43,283 bases of DNA from Candidatus Nanoarchaeia archaeon (GTDB taxonomy: Archaea > Nanobdellota > Nanobdellia > SCGC-AAA011-G17 > JACPNG01). Under the pieces are notes generated by a model, which saw only the letters and a program-made list of their open reading frames with translations, made no database searches and was not told the origin of the DNA. Position 1 is the stretch's first letter. Every line of letters begins with the position of its first letter. The position numbers and the translations under genes are program-made. Positions 9,501 through 18,224 of this stretch are shown piece after piece. The stretch lies in NCBI GenBank assembly GCA_030745695.1, contig JASLOB010000014.1, positions 1-43,283 on the forward strand, in the 5' to 3' direction.

Positions 9501-10451
9501 TTATTGGTGTTGAAAATCTAGATCTCTACTAATCTCCACACCTAATCTTTTATCAAATTCTAATTGGAGAAAGTTCCTTAAAACACTTTCGCTCCATCTT
9601 GTAGATAAACTAAATGTATGTTGTAATAAAGAAATATTTCTCAAAATTTTATCTTTTTCAGTTTTATGCCTCTCCCCCATTAGATTAGATGGAATGCTTA
9701 ATATTGCCCCTAAACTTGAATAATTATCTAGTAATGTTTTAAAACAAAGATGTTTTTCTTCAATAGCATCATAAATAGACCAGGCACTATACACTTTATT
9801 ATTATTTTTTCTAGATAAAAAAGTTTCTGCTCCAAACCCAAATTCATAACCAATTAACTCCCCACTTGAATCTTGAATTTGAATTAATTGGCCAATTTCT
9901 TGAGGGTCATTTTCTCTTTGTAAAAGAGTAAAAGTTGCACCCCTACCAATTATACCTTCTAATCCATATCCCCATTGATAATAGATTTTTGGATTCGAAT
10001 CATTGGTTACTTCAATAGTTTTTCCAATTTCATCTAGGAATTCCATATCTTTTTGAGCATAAACTCTAACATCTCTAGGAGATATTGAATAACTCCCTAA
10101 TAAAAGTTCGAGTATTTCTAATTGAATTTCTCTTTTTGGCTTTCCTGTTAGAATACCTAGGGCATTAAAATAACCTAAAAATCTTTCAGGTACTAATTCT
10201 AATTTATTTTCCTCACATATTGTATCTCTTAATCCTTGAAGCCTTAAAGATGGCTGTCTCATACAAAGACCTTGTTCAGGAATATTTCTCTCTACTAAAA
10301 ATGATTTCCAAGGAGTTATAGTATCATTAGTAAATAGAATAGTTTCATCATCTGTTATCAATTCAGAAGAGGGAGAAATAGTGTATTCTCTTGATTCAAA
10401 ATATCTTAAAAATTGTCCAATTATTTTGTCTAGATCAGATTTTATTTTCAA
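9501..10451 (-). CDS. stand-alone alanyl-tRNA synthetase catalytic-core-like protein
   Basis: YFESREYTISPSSELITDDETILFTN and QPSLR match the AlaRS N-terminus (motifs 1/2); GYEFGFGAET is a degenerate motif 3; only 316 aa. Confidence 0.75.
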   Translation of the reverse strand: MKIKSDLDKIIGQFLRYFESREYTISPSSELITDDETILFTNDTITPWKSFLVERNIPEQGLCMRQPSLRLQGLRDTICEENKLELVPERFLGYFNALGILTGKPKREIQLEILELLLGSYSISPRDVRVYAQKDMEFLDEIGKTIEVTNDSNPKIYYQWGYGLEGIIGRGATFTLLQRENDPQEIGQLIQIQDSSGELIGYEFGFGAETFLSRKNNNKVYSAWSIYDAIEEKHLCFKTLLDNYSSLGAILSIPSNLMGERHKTEKDKILRNISLLQHTFSLSTRWSESVLRNFLQLEFDKRLGVEISRDLDFQHQ

Positions 10452-11998
10452 CCCAATAATCTCCTTATTCTATCTTTATCTTTTGATGACCAAAAATAAG
10501 TAGGGAGTCTAGGACCGTTATTTTTCCCAAATAATAATTGATAAACATCTTTAAAGAAACTCCTTTGAGCTATTTTCTTTTCTTGATCAGACATACCTTC
10601 TCTTTTTGGTATGCTATATATCTCTAATTCAATTTCATCTAAAGTTAGACCATCTTGAGATAGGACTTTCTTTTCAAGAGATCTAATTTTTTCTCTTGCA
10701 TCTGCTGACATTAAAGATAAATGAGAAGTATTAGGAGAATCTCTTAGCTCACTTCTCCCTTCTGAAAAGTGAGTTCTTGACCAATAATCACTTTTTTTAA
10801 GCCTATCTTCAATTGAAAAATCACTAAATTCTCCACCTTCAGATCTAAGAAGATCTTTAATAATTTCTAAGTTATAACCTGTAGCTTCCCCCAATCCAAA
10901 TATTTTTCTAAAAGGTATACTTCTAGACAATTCACTTTTTGTTTTTTCAGTAATTAATTTTCTGAATCCTTCTTCCCATCCTTCAACATCTGAATCAAAT
11001 TCTGCAAATGCTCTAATTACATCTTTATCTAAAGCGATATCTAAAGGAGCAGTTGGAGAACATCTAGCATATAAAAATTTTATCAACTCAGGAGGATATA
11101 CATTTAATAATTCTCCAGGTGTAATAACATTTCCAGAAGAACTTGACATTTTCCCTGCTTGTCCTTTTATTCTTACAAATTGATATTCTTGAAAATGTGG
11201 AGGTGAATTTTCAAATATTTCTTTGACTATTTGACTTGAAACATCATAACTACTTCCAGGACTCGCATGATCTGCCCCACCTGGTTCAAAATTTACAGAT
11301 TCAAAAACCCACCTCATAGGCCAATCAATCTTCCATGGTAATTTGATTACTCTATCTTTTGTAAAATCTATAGTATCTTTTTTACCAGAGTCGTGACATA
11401 AATATGTTAACTTACTATCACCATCATATGATAGAACTTTTGTGTTGTCTTTACCTGTAAATCTTGAATAAAGAACAATAGGAAAATAATTCTTTTTTTG
11501 TTCTTCAGTCATTCCCTGAGTCATATTCCTTGCTAAAATCTCTGCAATTTGACTTCTTTTATTTAATATTTCTTTAATTTGGAGATCATATTCTCCACTT
11601 TTATACATCTCTGTTTGTCTTATAAATCTTGGATTAATACCTAATTGAGATAAAGACTCCTCAAATTTTACTTCAAATCTTTCAGCATATGATTCATATT
11701 CTCCAAACGGATCATCTATTGAAGAATATGGTTTTCCAATTGAATTTTCAAGAGATTTAGGACTTCCAATAGGTATCTTTCTAAATTTATCAAAATCGTC
11801 CCAAGAAAATATAAATTCAGAATCAATTCCTTTTTGTTGTAATGCCCTATAAACTAACTCTGTGGTCATAACCTCCCTTAGGTTTCCAATATGTATTGGT
11901 CCAGATGGACTAATTCCTGAAGCACAAACTATCTTGCTCCCTCTGTGTTTCATTGCTAATCTATCTGCTATTTTGTAGGCCCAATGGCTATTTCCCAT
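10448..11998 (-). CDS. lysS: class I lysyl-tRNA synthetase
   Basis: HWAYKIA, ASGISPSGPIHIGNLRE, KLPWKIDWPMRW, EPGGADH, KMSSSSG, GPRL. Confidence 0.95.
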   Translation of the reverse strand: MGNSHWAYKIADRLAMKHRGSKIVCASGISPSGPIHIGNLREVMTTELVYRALQQKGIDSEFIFSWDDFDKFRKIPIGSPKSLENSIGKPYSSIDDPFGEYESYAERFEVKFEESLSQLGINPRFIRQTEMYKSGEYDLQIKEILNKRSQIAEILARNMTQGMTEEQKKNYFPIVLYSRFTGKDNTKVLSYDGDSKLTYLCHDSGKKDTIDFTKDRVIKLPWKIDWPMRWVFESVNFEPGGADHASPGSSYDVSSQIVKEIFENSPPHFQEYQFVRIKGQAGKMSSSSGNVITPGELLNVYPPELIKFLYARCSPTAPLDIALDKDVIRAFAEFDSDVEGWEEGFRKLITEKTKSELSRSIPFRKIFGLGEATGYNLEIIKDLLRSEGGEFSDFSIEDRLKKSDYWSRTHFSEGRSELRDSPNTSHLSLMSADAREKIRSLEKKVLSQDGLTLDEIELEIYSIPKREGMSDQEKKIAQRSFFKDVYQLLFGKNNGPRLPTYFWSSKDKDRIRRLLG

Positions 11999-12127
11999 AA
12001 TAATATATCTAAAGGTTGGTTTATAAGTGATACTATCTAGTAGTTAGTAACTATATTAGAATAAATTCAATAGAATTATTAAATATTTTATTAATAATAG
12101 TATATATCCATAAACACAAAAAATAAA

Positions 12128-12532
12128 ATGTTCAACCAATATGAACATGGGCGTTTTTTAGGCAGAAAAGATGCTCATGAAAGACAAGGTACTTCTGAAA
12201 AAAAACCGAAAGGGAGATTTTGGATAGATGGAAATCCAAATGCTTTAGAAAGAACTTTAAAAAAAATAGGAGAGATAATAACACCTATACTCTATGATGT
12301 TGAAGAATTAGAGATTATTGTAAAAACTATAAGAACTGATGGAGGGTATGAACATGAAGTTAGGCACACTGGGAGTTTTACTCTTGAAGATTATGCTTAT
12401 CTTGTAAAAACAATGAAAGAATCAAATACAATTCTACTTGATGAAAGACAAGATAAAAATAGTTGTGAATTTTCTCAAACAACTACCCACTCTATGTTTA
12501 ATCCTTTTGGATTGAGCTATAGAAAAAAATAA
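12128..12532 (+). CDS. hypothetical protein (inside island, divergent from cargo operon)
   Basis: 134-aa ORF; no recombinase motifs seen. Confidence 0.6.
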   Translation: MFNQYEHGRFLGRKDAHERQGTSEKKPKGRFWIDGNPNALERTLKKIGEIITPILYDVEELEIIVKTIRTDGGYEHEVRHTGSFTLEDYAYLVKTMKESNTILLDERQDKNSCEFSQTTTHSMFNPFGLSYRKK

Positions 12533-12534
12533 AT

Positions 12535-12554
12535 TTCTTCCCCACGGCCGGATT
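12535..12554. repeat. att-like direct repeat overlapping tRNA-Tyr 3' end
   Basis: identical to 6485-6504. Confidence 0.93.
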
Positions 12555-12666
12555 CGAACCAGCAACCTTCCGGGACCGGCTGACTTATTTTCATCCAAAG
12601 CCGAATGCTTAGTCAATAAGTGAATTCATCTACAGCCGAACGCTCTACCAGTTGAGCTACGTGGGG
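12539..12666 (-). tRNA. tRNA-Tyr(GTA) with ~55-nt intron at 37/38 (12575-12629)
   Basis: acceptor CCCCACG/CGTGGGG-A (C1-G72), D arm GCTC/GAGC, anticodon arm TTCGG-CTGTAG^C-CCGGA, T arm GCTGG-TTCGAAT-CCGGC; 73 nt after splicing; no encoded CCA. Confidence 0.95.
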
Positions 12667-12706
12667 CATTAGCTTAGAAGAATTTTATATTAAAAACCTT
12701 TTGATT

Positions 12707-13807
12707 TTAAAGAGATAACTCTTCAACTACTTTTTGAAGACCAGTTACTACTCTCTCATCCCTTTGTCTTATATCTAATTGAAATTTTTTATCTAATAAA
12801 TGTTGGATTCCTATAATGTACCTCATTGAAATTTTCATTCTTTCTTCATTAGTATATCCTTTTTCTCCTTTAGAAAATTCCCTAGCAAATTCTTTTGAAT
12901 AAGACATAGGATCCGTATTGTAACTAATTCTTTTTGGGTCCATATAATCACCAAGTAACCAAAATCTTGACGAGTCCATTGTATAAAGCTCATCTTGACT
13001 TACAATTTCTCCTTCTCTATTAATACCATGCTCTGTCTTAGTATCTACTAAAATAATACCTCTTCCTCTTAAAAATCCAGAAACAATACCAAACGCCATA
13101 AGAGAATTATTTCTAATATTCATATATTGTTCTGGAGTACATATTCCTCTTGAGAACAATTCTTTAGGTGATAAAGTTTCATCATGATCATCAGATTTAG
13201 TTGAAGGAGTATCCATAACATAAGGTAGCTTACAATTAGGAAACCATTCTTTATTTATTTTATGACTTGCAAATTCTTTTTCTCCTTTTGACCAAGCCTG
13301 AAATAAAGATGTTGGAGTTGAACTTTTAGCCATATATGCTCTAAGAACATTTTCAAATGGTATTTGAGTAAGATTCTCTGCTGCAATAACAACAGAATTA
13401 TCTTCTAATCCTGGAACATTTATTTGAGAAGTGCCAATTGCATGAGATACTAATCTTCTCATATGATGATGATTAGAAGCTAATATCTGATCTTTGAAAG
13501 GGATTTCTCCCCTATTTAGATCATGAGTTGAAATTCTTTGTGTTCTAACCATAATTCTTATTGGAGTACCATCTATTGTATTTAATGGAGGATTTTCACA
13601 TTCATATGTCTCTCCATTTTTAGTATAAGAAAATCTTCCCCCAAAAATAGAATCAGAAACTTTTCCAGGATAAACTTTAAATCCTGTTAATTTTGTTACT
13701 AATCCTGAATCTAATATTGCTTGTGTAGAATTAACTATCCCTTCACTATCTATATATTTATTGACTAAACTTCTAACTTCTGTCCCTGTTAAATGATTTT
13801 CATTCAT
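12707..13807 (-). CDS. purC: SAICAR synthetase (long form)
   Basis: YPGKVSD, RISTHD, IPFKDQIL, IPFENVLRAY, TPSTK, LVDTKTEHG, DELYTMDSSRFW, SKEFAR. Confidence 0.9.
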   Translation of the reverse strand: MNENHLTGTEVRSLVNKYIDSEGIVNSTQAILDSGLVTKLTGFKVYPGKVSDSIFGGRFSYTKNGETYECENPPLNTIDGTPIRIMVRTQRISTHDLNRGEIPFKDQILASNHHHMRRLVSHAIGTSQINVPGLEDNSVVIAAENLTQIPFENVLRAYMAKSSTPTSLFQAWSKGEKEFASHKINKEWFPNCKLPYVMDTPSTKSDDHDETLSPKELFSRGICTPEQYMNIRNNSLMAFGIVSGFLRGRGIILVDTKTEHGINREGEIVSQDELYTMDSSRFWLLGDYMDPKRISYNTDPMSYSKEFAREFSKGEKGYTNEERMKISMRYIIGIQHLLDKKFQLDIRQRDERVVTGLQKVVEELSL

Positions 13808-13817
13808 TCTTTATATC

Positions 13818-15230
13818 TCATCTTTCTTTTGTACTAAAATAAGTTAATTTATTTGAGTAAACTTCTACAATCTTTCCTTTTCTTTTATATCTTACTTTAG
13901 CTCTAGGCAGAACTAATTTTCCTACAATATGTAATTGAGATTCAATTTCATATGAAATAACTCTTTCCTCTCCATCTAACAATTCTTTTAGAGTCCATAA
14001 CATCCTAATCCCTCTTCCACCCCTTTGCATTTTAGCTGGTTTTAATGTACCAAATTCATGTTTAGGTTTTACAAGATTAGGAGCTATATCAATGATCTCA
14101 ACATCCTTTAGATTAGTTAATCTATTTTTTATGTGTAATAAAACTTTAATTTCAGATATTCCACCTTTATCATCTTTTACTTTAAATACTGCTTTTTTTA
14201 CTGAAACTTTTTTTCCATATAAATAATAAACAACAATTGAAAATACTAATAAAACTATGATGAAAATAAATATTGATCTATAATCTGTTTCAGCTGTGAT
14301 GTTAAAAGATTCTCCAGGTTGTAACTCAAAATTCCATTCTACATTTCCATTATCAATTTTATCTGGGTCAATGTTATAAGTTGTAAACATTCTTTTAAAT
14401 CCATTTAATTCAACAACAAAAGCTTCTTTTACTTTTAAATTCCCATTATTTGATTTAACTAAATTAATTGTAGAAGTCAAAAATCCTGAATCTTTCTCAG
14501 ATTTTTCATTAATATTTGGATTTCTTATAATTTTAAAATCCTTAACAAAAGATCCTCTCAATTTATTTTCTTGTGTAGCAGTTATGATTAATGTATAATC
14601 CCCAGGACTTGTTATGGGTGGAATCTCAAATTCTATTGTTTTTATTGTTTCTTGATAAGGAAATAATTTTAATTTTAATTCTTCTTTAAATAGTTCACTT
14701 TCTATCAAAATTATTACATCTTCTAAAATCACATTTATTTTATTTTTAAGTTCTATGTTAATAGATGATTTTCTTCCAGGTACAATTTCATCTAAAATAT
14801 TTGAGGTTATCTCAACTAATTGTTCAGGAGGTATAACACTTACTATTAAATCATGATCTGTTTTATGATTGGGGTTTGATGATGATCTTATCCTCACAAA
14901 TGTTCTATAACTTTTATCTGGCTTTATATCTTCTCTTAATCTTACTCTTACTAAAGTTTTCTCTACAGAATTTGCTTTAATCTGTAAAGTTCCTTCTTCT
15001 ATATCAATATTTTCAAATATATCTGAGAAAGGGGCAACTGAAAATTCATCTGGAGTAACAAAAAAAGTATCTGCTACATTTTGATTGTTTCTAACACTTA
15101 ATTCAAATACTCCAGTTCCACCAGGATAAACTTTATCTATTAAAGATTGGTCTGTAACGTATAATCTTTGTGAATATACATTTGGTGTTAATAAAAGAAT
15201 TACTATCAATAGAATTACTATCTTTCTCAT
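13818..15230 (-). CDS. membrane-anchored surface protein with Ig-like beta domains
   Basis: signal peptide, beta-rich repeats, TM helix near aa 320-340, C-terminal domain WTLKELLDGEERVISY. Confidence 0.75.
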   Translation of the reverse strand: MRKIVILLIVILLLTPNVYSQRLYVTDQSLIDKVYPGGTGVFELSVRNNQNVADTFFVTPDEFSVAPFSDIFENIDIEEGTLQIKANSVEKTLVRVRLREDIKPDKSYRTFVRIRSSSNPNHKTDHDLIVSVIPPEQLVEITSNILDEIVPGRKSSINIELKNKINVILEDVIILIESELFKEELKLKLFPYQETIKTIEFEIPPITSPGDYTLIITATQENKLRGSFVKDFKIIRNPNINEKSEKDSGFLTSTINLVKSNNGNLKVKEAFVVELNGFKRMFTTYNIDPDKIDNGNVEWNFELQPGESFNITAETDYRSIFIFIIVLLVFSIVVYYLYGKKVSVKKAVFKVKDDKGGISEIKVLLHIKNRLTNLKDVEIIDIAPNLVKPKHEFGTLKPAKMQRGGRGIRMLWTLKELLDGEERVISYEIESQLHIVGKLVLPRAKVRYKRKGKIVEVYSNKLTYFSTKER

Positions 15231-15381
15231 ACACTTAAAGTTAGGATAGTCTATTTAAACCTTTTGATGATTTCATATATTTATTGAAAAATAGGTGTTA
15301 ATTTACGTAATATGCTAGCTGTAAGATAGAAATATTTATATGGAAAATTTAAATATTTATATTTAAGAATGGAGGATCAAA

Positions 15382-15625
15382 ATGAGTGGAAAAGGAAATC
15401 TTATTTTTAATATTGCTATGGGAACTTTAGCAGCAGCAGTAATAGGTGGATTCATAGGTTATAAAATATTTTTTCATAAACCTGAACCGAAAAAAAATTT
15501 ATACTCCAAGAAAATCATTATCAGAGATAGATATTGGAAAAAGAGTAAGTTCATATAGAGAATTTGGGAATTTGAAAAGGTCACTTGGAGTAGAACCAAT
15601 TTATAGATCTTCTACTAATATTTAA
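15382..15625 (+). pseudogene. small membrane protein, probably frameshifted in an A8 run
   Basis: GGAGG SD, ATG 15382, TM segment; removing one A at 15490-15497 extends the frame to TAA 15623-15625. Confidence 0.45.
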
Positions 15626-16173
15626 ATTCTAATTATTTTTGCTATTTTATTTGTTAGATCTATTATTATAGATGGATTGTTTTCTAAAATTCCATCATCT
15701 ATTCCAATATCTACTATTTTTTGGATTGATCTAGGAACTTTCTTTATATTAACTATAGGGTCTTTTCCTGTTTTATTTACAGATGTAGTAATGAATGGAA
15801 CTCTTGCTTTTTGAATTAATTTTGTGAAAGGATGATTTGGAATTCTCATTCCTAAAGTATTAACCCCTAAATTAACTTCATAAGGAACTACTGTTCTTTT
15901 TTGTTTTAGTATAAATGTAAATGGTCCTGGAAGTCTTTGAATATAATGTTTTTTAACATCAAAATTTCTATAAATCCAATTTTTATCGTAAGCTATGACA
16001 GAAAAAGGTTTGTCGCTTTTTTTTAATTTTCTAATTTTTTTAACAGAACTCTCATCCAAAGCATTACAACCCAATCCATAGATTGTATCAGTCGGATAAA
16101 CAAATATAGATCCTTTTCTTATATGATTTATAATTTCTCTTTCTCTTATTTTTGAAAATTCAATTATTTTCAT
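15622..16173 (-). CDS. tsaC: threonylcarbamoyl-AMP synthase (TsaC/Sua5/YrdC)
   Basis: YPTDTIYGLGC, LPGPFTFIL, GMRIPNHP, TTSVNKTG. Confidence 0.95.
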   Translation of the reverse strand: MKIIEFSKIREREIINHIRKGSIFVYPTDTIYGLGCNALDESSVKKIRKLKKSDKPFSVIAYDKNWIYRNFDVKKHYIQRLPGPFTFILKQKRTVVPYEVNLGVNTLGMRIPNHPFTKLIQKARVPFITTSVNKTGKDPIVNIKKVPRSIQKIVDIGIDDGILENNPSIIIDLTNKIAKIIRI

Positions 16174-18224
16174 ACTATAGAAGTAATGTGGTTTTCTTTT
16201 TTAAAACTTATTACATTATCAACAAATGTTTCTATTTTTGGTTCATGACTAACAATGATGATTTGTTTTAGATTCAACTCTTTTAATACAATTCTTATTC
16301 TATCTAATTGTTCATCTGAAAACCCATCTGTGGGTTCATCTAATATTATTAAATCATTAGTTTTTATACTAGTAATTAAATTATTAATAACTTGATTCAA
16401 AGATAGTCTATATGCTAATGCAGCTGCTGTTTTCTCTCCTCCACTTAAATAATTATAATCAATATCATGATTATTTTGTTCTATTAGAGGACTTAAATCT
16501 TGATTTAACCTAATCTTGATATCTTCAGTGTTAACTAATGTATAAAACCATTTTTGAAATAAAGAATTAAAATCATTATAAACTTTTAACATAATATTAT
16601 TCTCTATTGTATCTAAAGAAATAATAAAATATTCCTCTAACCATTCTTGTATTTTTGTTAATTGTTCCATATCTTTTCTTTTAAGTTCTTTTCTTTCTAT
16701 TTCATTAGTCAAATTCTCTATATTCAAATCTATATTCTTTTTTTCAATTTCTAAAATATTTTTGTTAATCTCCAAACTCTTTAATTCTTGTTGTAAATTT
16801 TCAATTTCTTTATTTTTTTCTTGAGTTTTTTCTTCTATATCCCCAAACTCTTTCAACTCTTTGTATAAAACTCCATTTCTAACATTTATTTCTGTAATTT
16901 CATTATTCAATCTTTTTTGTAATGATTTTAAAGATTCTACATCTGTTAACTTACTAGAAATAGAATCTAATTTGACTTTATTAATTTCATATTCTTTTTC
17001 TAAATTATTTAATTTCTCTATCTCTTGTTTATTTTCGTTTAGATTAGAATTCAATTCTAATTCTTTTTTTTCTAAATTATCAATTTTTTGTTTTTGATTA
17101 GAAACCAAATCTTGCTCTTTATTAAGAACATTATCTTTATAGTCTTTAGGAACCTCTTGTTTACAAACTGGACAAACATTTAAATCTTGGATTTCATCAA
17201 TTATTTTAGAAGAATTAATTGTTATTATTCTTGCTCCACTCACTTCATTTTTAGTAGAACTTAATTCTAATTCTTGTTCTTCAATATTTTTTTTTATTTT
17301 ATTTAAATCTCTTTCTACTTGTTCAATATTAATATTTATATTAACATTTTTGTTGATATCCTCAACCTCTCCTTCTATAACTTTAATTTTTTCATTGTCT
17401 TCTTTTATTCTTTCTAAGTTATTATTTAATTTTTGTTCATTTAATTCTAATTGAGTTCTAATACCACCTAATTTTTTGAAATCAGATTCAATTTTAGATA
17501 ATTCTTGTTTTTTTGATCTAATATCCTTATTTAAAGAATTTAATTGTGGGGTTAATTTGATTATCCCTTCACTTAACTTTGTATTTTTTTCTTTTAAAGA
17601 TTCCAACTCTTGTTGTTTTGAATTCAAGTCTAATAAATAACCTTGTAATTCTCTATTTTTTTCTTTTATTAAACTTATAAAAACTTTAGTGTTGTCTTTA
17701 ATTGTTTTATATTTATCAATCCCAAATACTTTTCTTAAAGTTTCTAATCTTGTATCATTAGAAGCTAATAAAATTTGTTTCATCTCATCTTGTGGAGTAT
17801 AAACTGTGTATCTATAAACTAAATCTTTATTTCTAGTTAACATATCTTTAGGATAATTTAATAAATCAAGAATAGCTTGTTTCAATTCAACTGGAGAAAG
17901 CTCTTTTTTCTCTCCATTAAATATAACATGCCCTGAATCTTGTGTAACAGTAGTTCCTCTCTTTAATGTTCTTTTAATAACTATTTTATCATTATTTATC
18001 TCAAAATAGAGTTCTACATATCCTTTATTAGTTCCATTTCTCAATAATGAAGCTCCATTCAAATTACCTCTTCTTAATCCAAATAAAGCAAAATCCATCG
18101 CTAACAATATAGAAGTCTTTCCAGAACCAATATTTCCAGTTAATAATGTAGATCCTTCTACAAAATCTATTTCTTGTTTAGTATAACTCCTAATATTTTC
18201 TAAAATAATTTTTTTAAGTAACAT
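16170..18224 (-). CDS. rad50: Rad50 ATPase (short)
   Basis: Walker A GNIGSGKT, zinc hook CPVC, LSGGE, ILDEPT, VSH. Confidence 0.93.
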   Translation of the reverse strand: MLLKKIILENIRSYTKQEIDFVEGSTLLTGNIGSGKTSILLAMDFALFGLRRGNLNGASLLRNGTNKGYVELYFEINNDKIVIKRTLKRGTTVTQDSGHVIFNGEKKELSPVELKQAILDLLNYPKDMLTRNKDLVYRYTVYTPQDEMKQILLASNDTRLETLRKVFGIDKYKTIKDNTKVFISLIKEKNRELQGYLLDLNSKQQELESLKEKNTKLSEGIIKLTPQLNSLNKDIRSKKQELSKIESDFKKLGGIRTQLELNEQKLNNNLERIKEDNEKIKVIEGEVEDINKNVNININIEQVERDLNKIKKNIEEQELELSSTKNEVSGARIITINSSKIIDEIQDLNVCPVCKQEVPKDYKDNVLNKEQDLVSNQKQKIDNLEKKELELNSNLNENKQEIEKLNNLEKEYEINKVKLDSISSKLTDVESLKSLQKRLNNEITEINVRNGVLYKELKEFGDIEEKTQEKNKEIENLQQELKSLEINKNILEIEKKNIDLNIENLTNEIERKELKRKDMEQLTKIQEWLEEYFIISLDTIENNIMLKVYNDFNSLFQKWFYTLVNTEDIKIRLNQDLSPLIEQNNHDIDYNYLSGGEKTAAALAYRLSLNQVINNLITSIKTNDLIILDEPTDGFSDEQLDRIRIVLKELNLKQIIIVSHEPKIETFVDNVISFKKENHITSIV

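Larger units (their letters stand above)
6485..12554. mobile_element. tRNA-Tyr-integrated genomic island (~6.05 kb), no integrase inside
   Basis: bounded by a 20-bp exact direct repeat that includes the last 16 nt of the tRNA and ends in the T-loop; accessory cargo operon. Confidence 0.8.

Noticed and set aside
12128..12532. Possible island integrase or excisionase
   Set aside because: Too short; no tyrosine- or serine-recombinase catalytic motifs
12434..12616. 60-aa ORF on the minus strand
   Set aside because: Overlaps the tRNA-Tyr gene and intron
12575..12629. Box C/D guide RNA in the tRNA intron (GATGA motifs), as in euryarchaeal tRNA-Trp
   Set aside because: No terminal CTGA D box on the tRNA strand and poor C boxes
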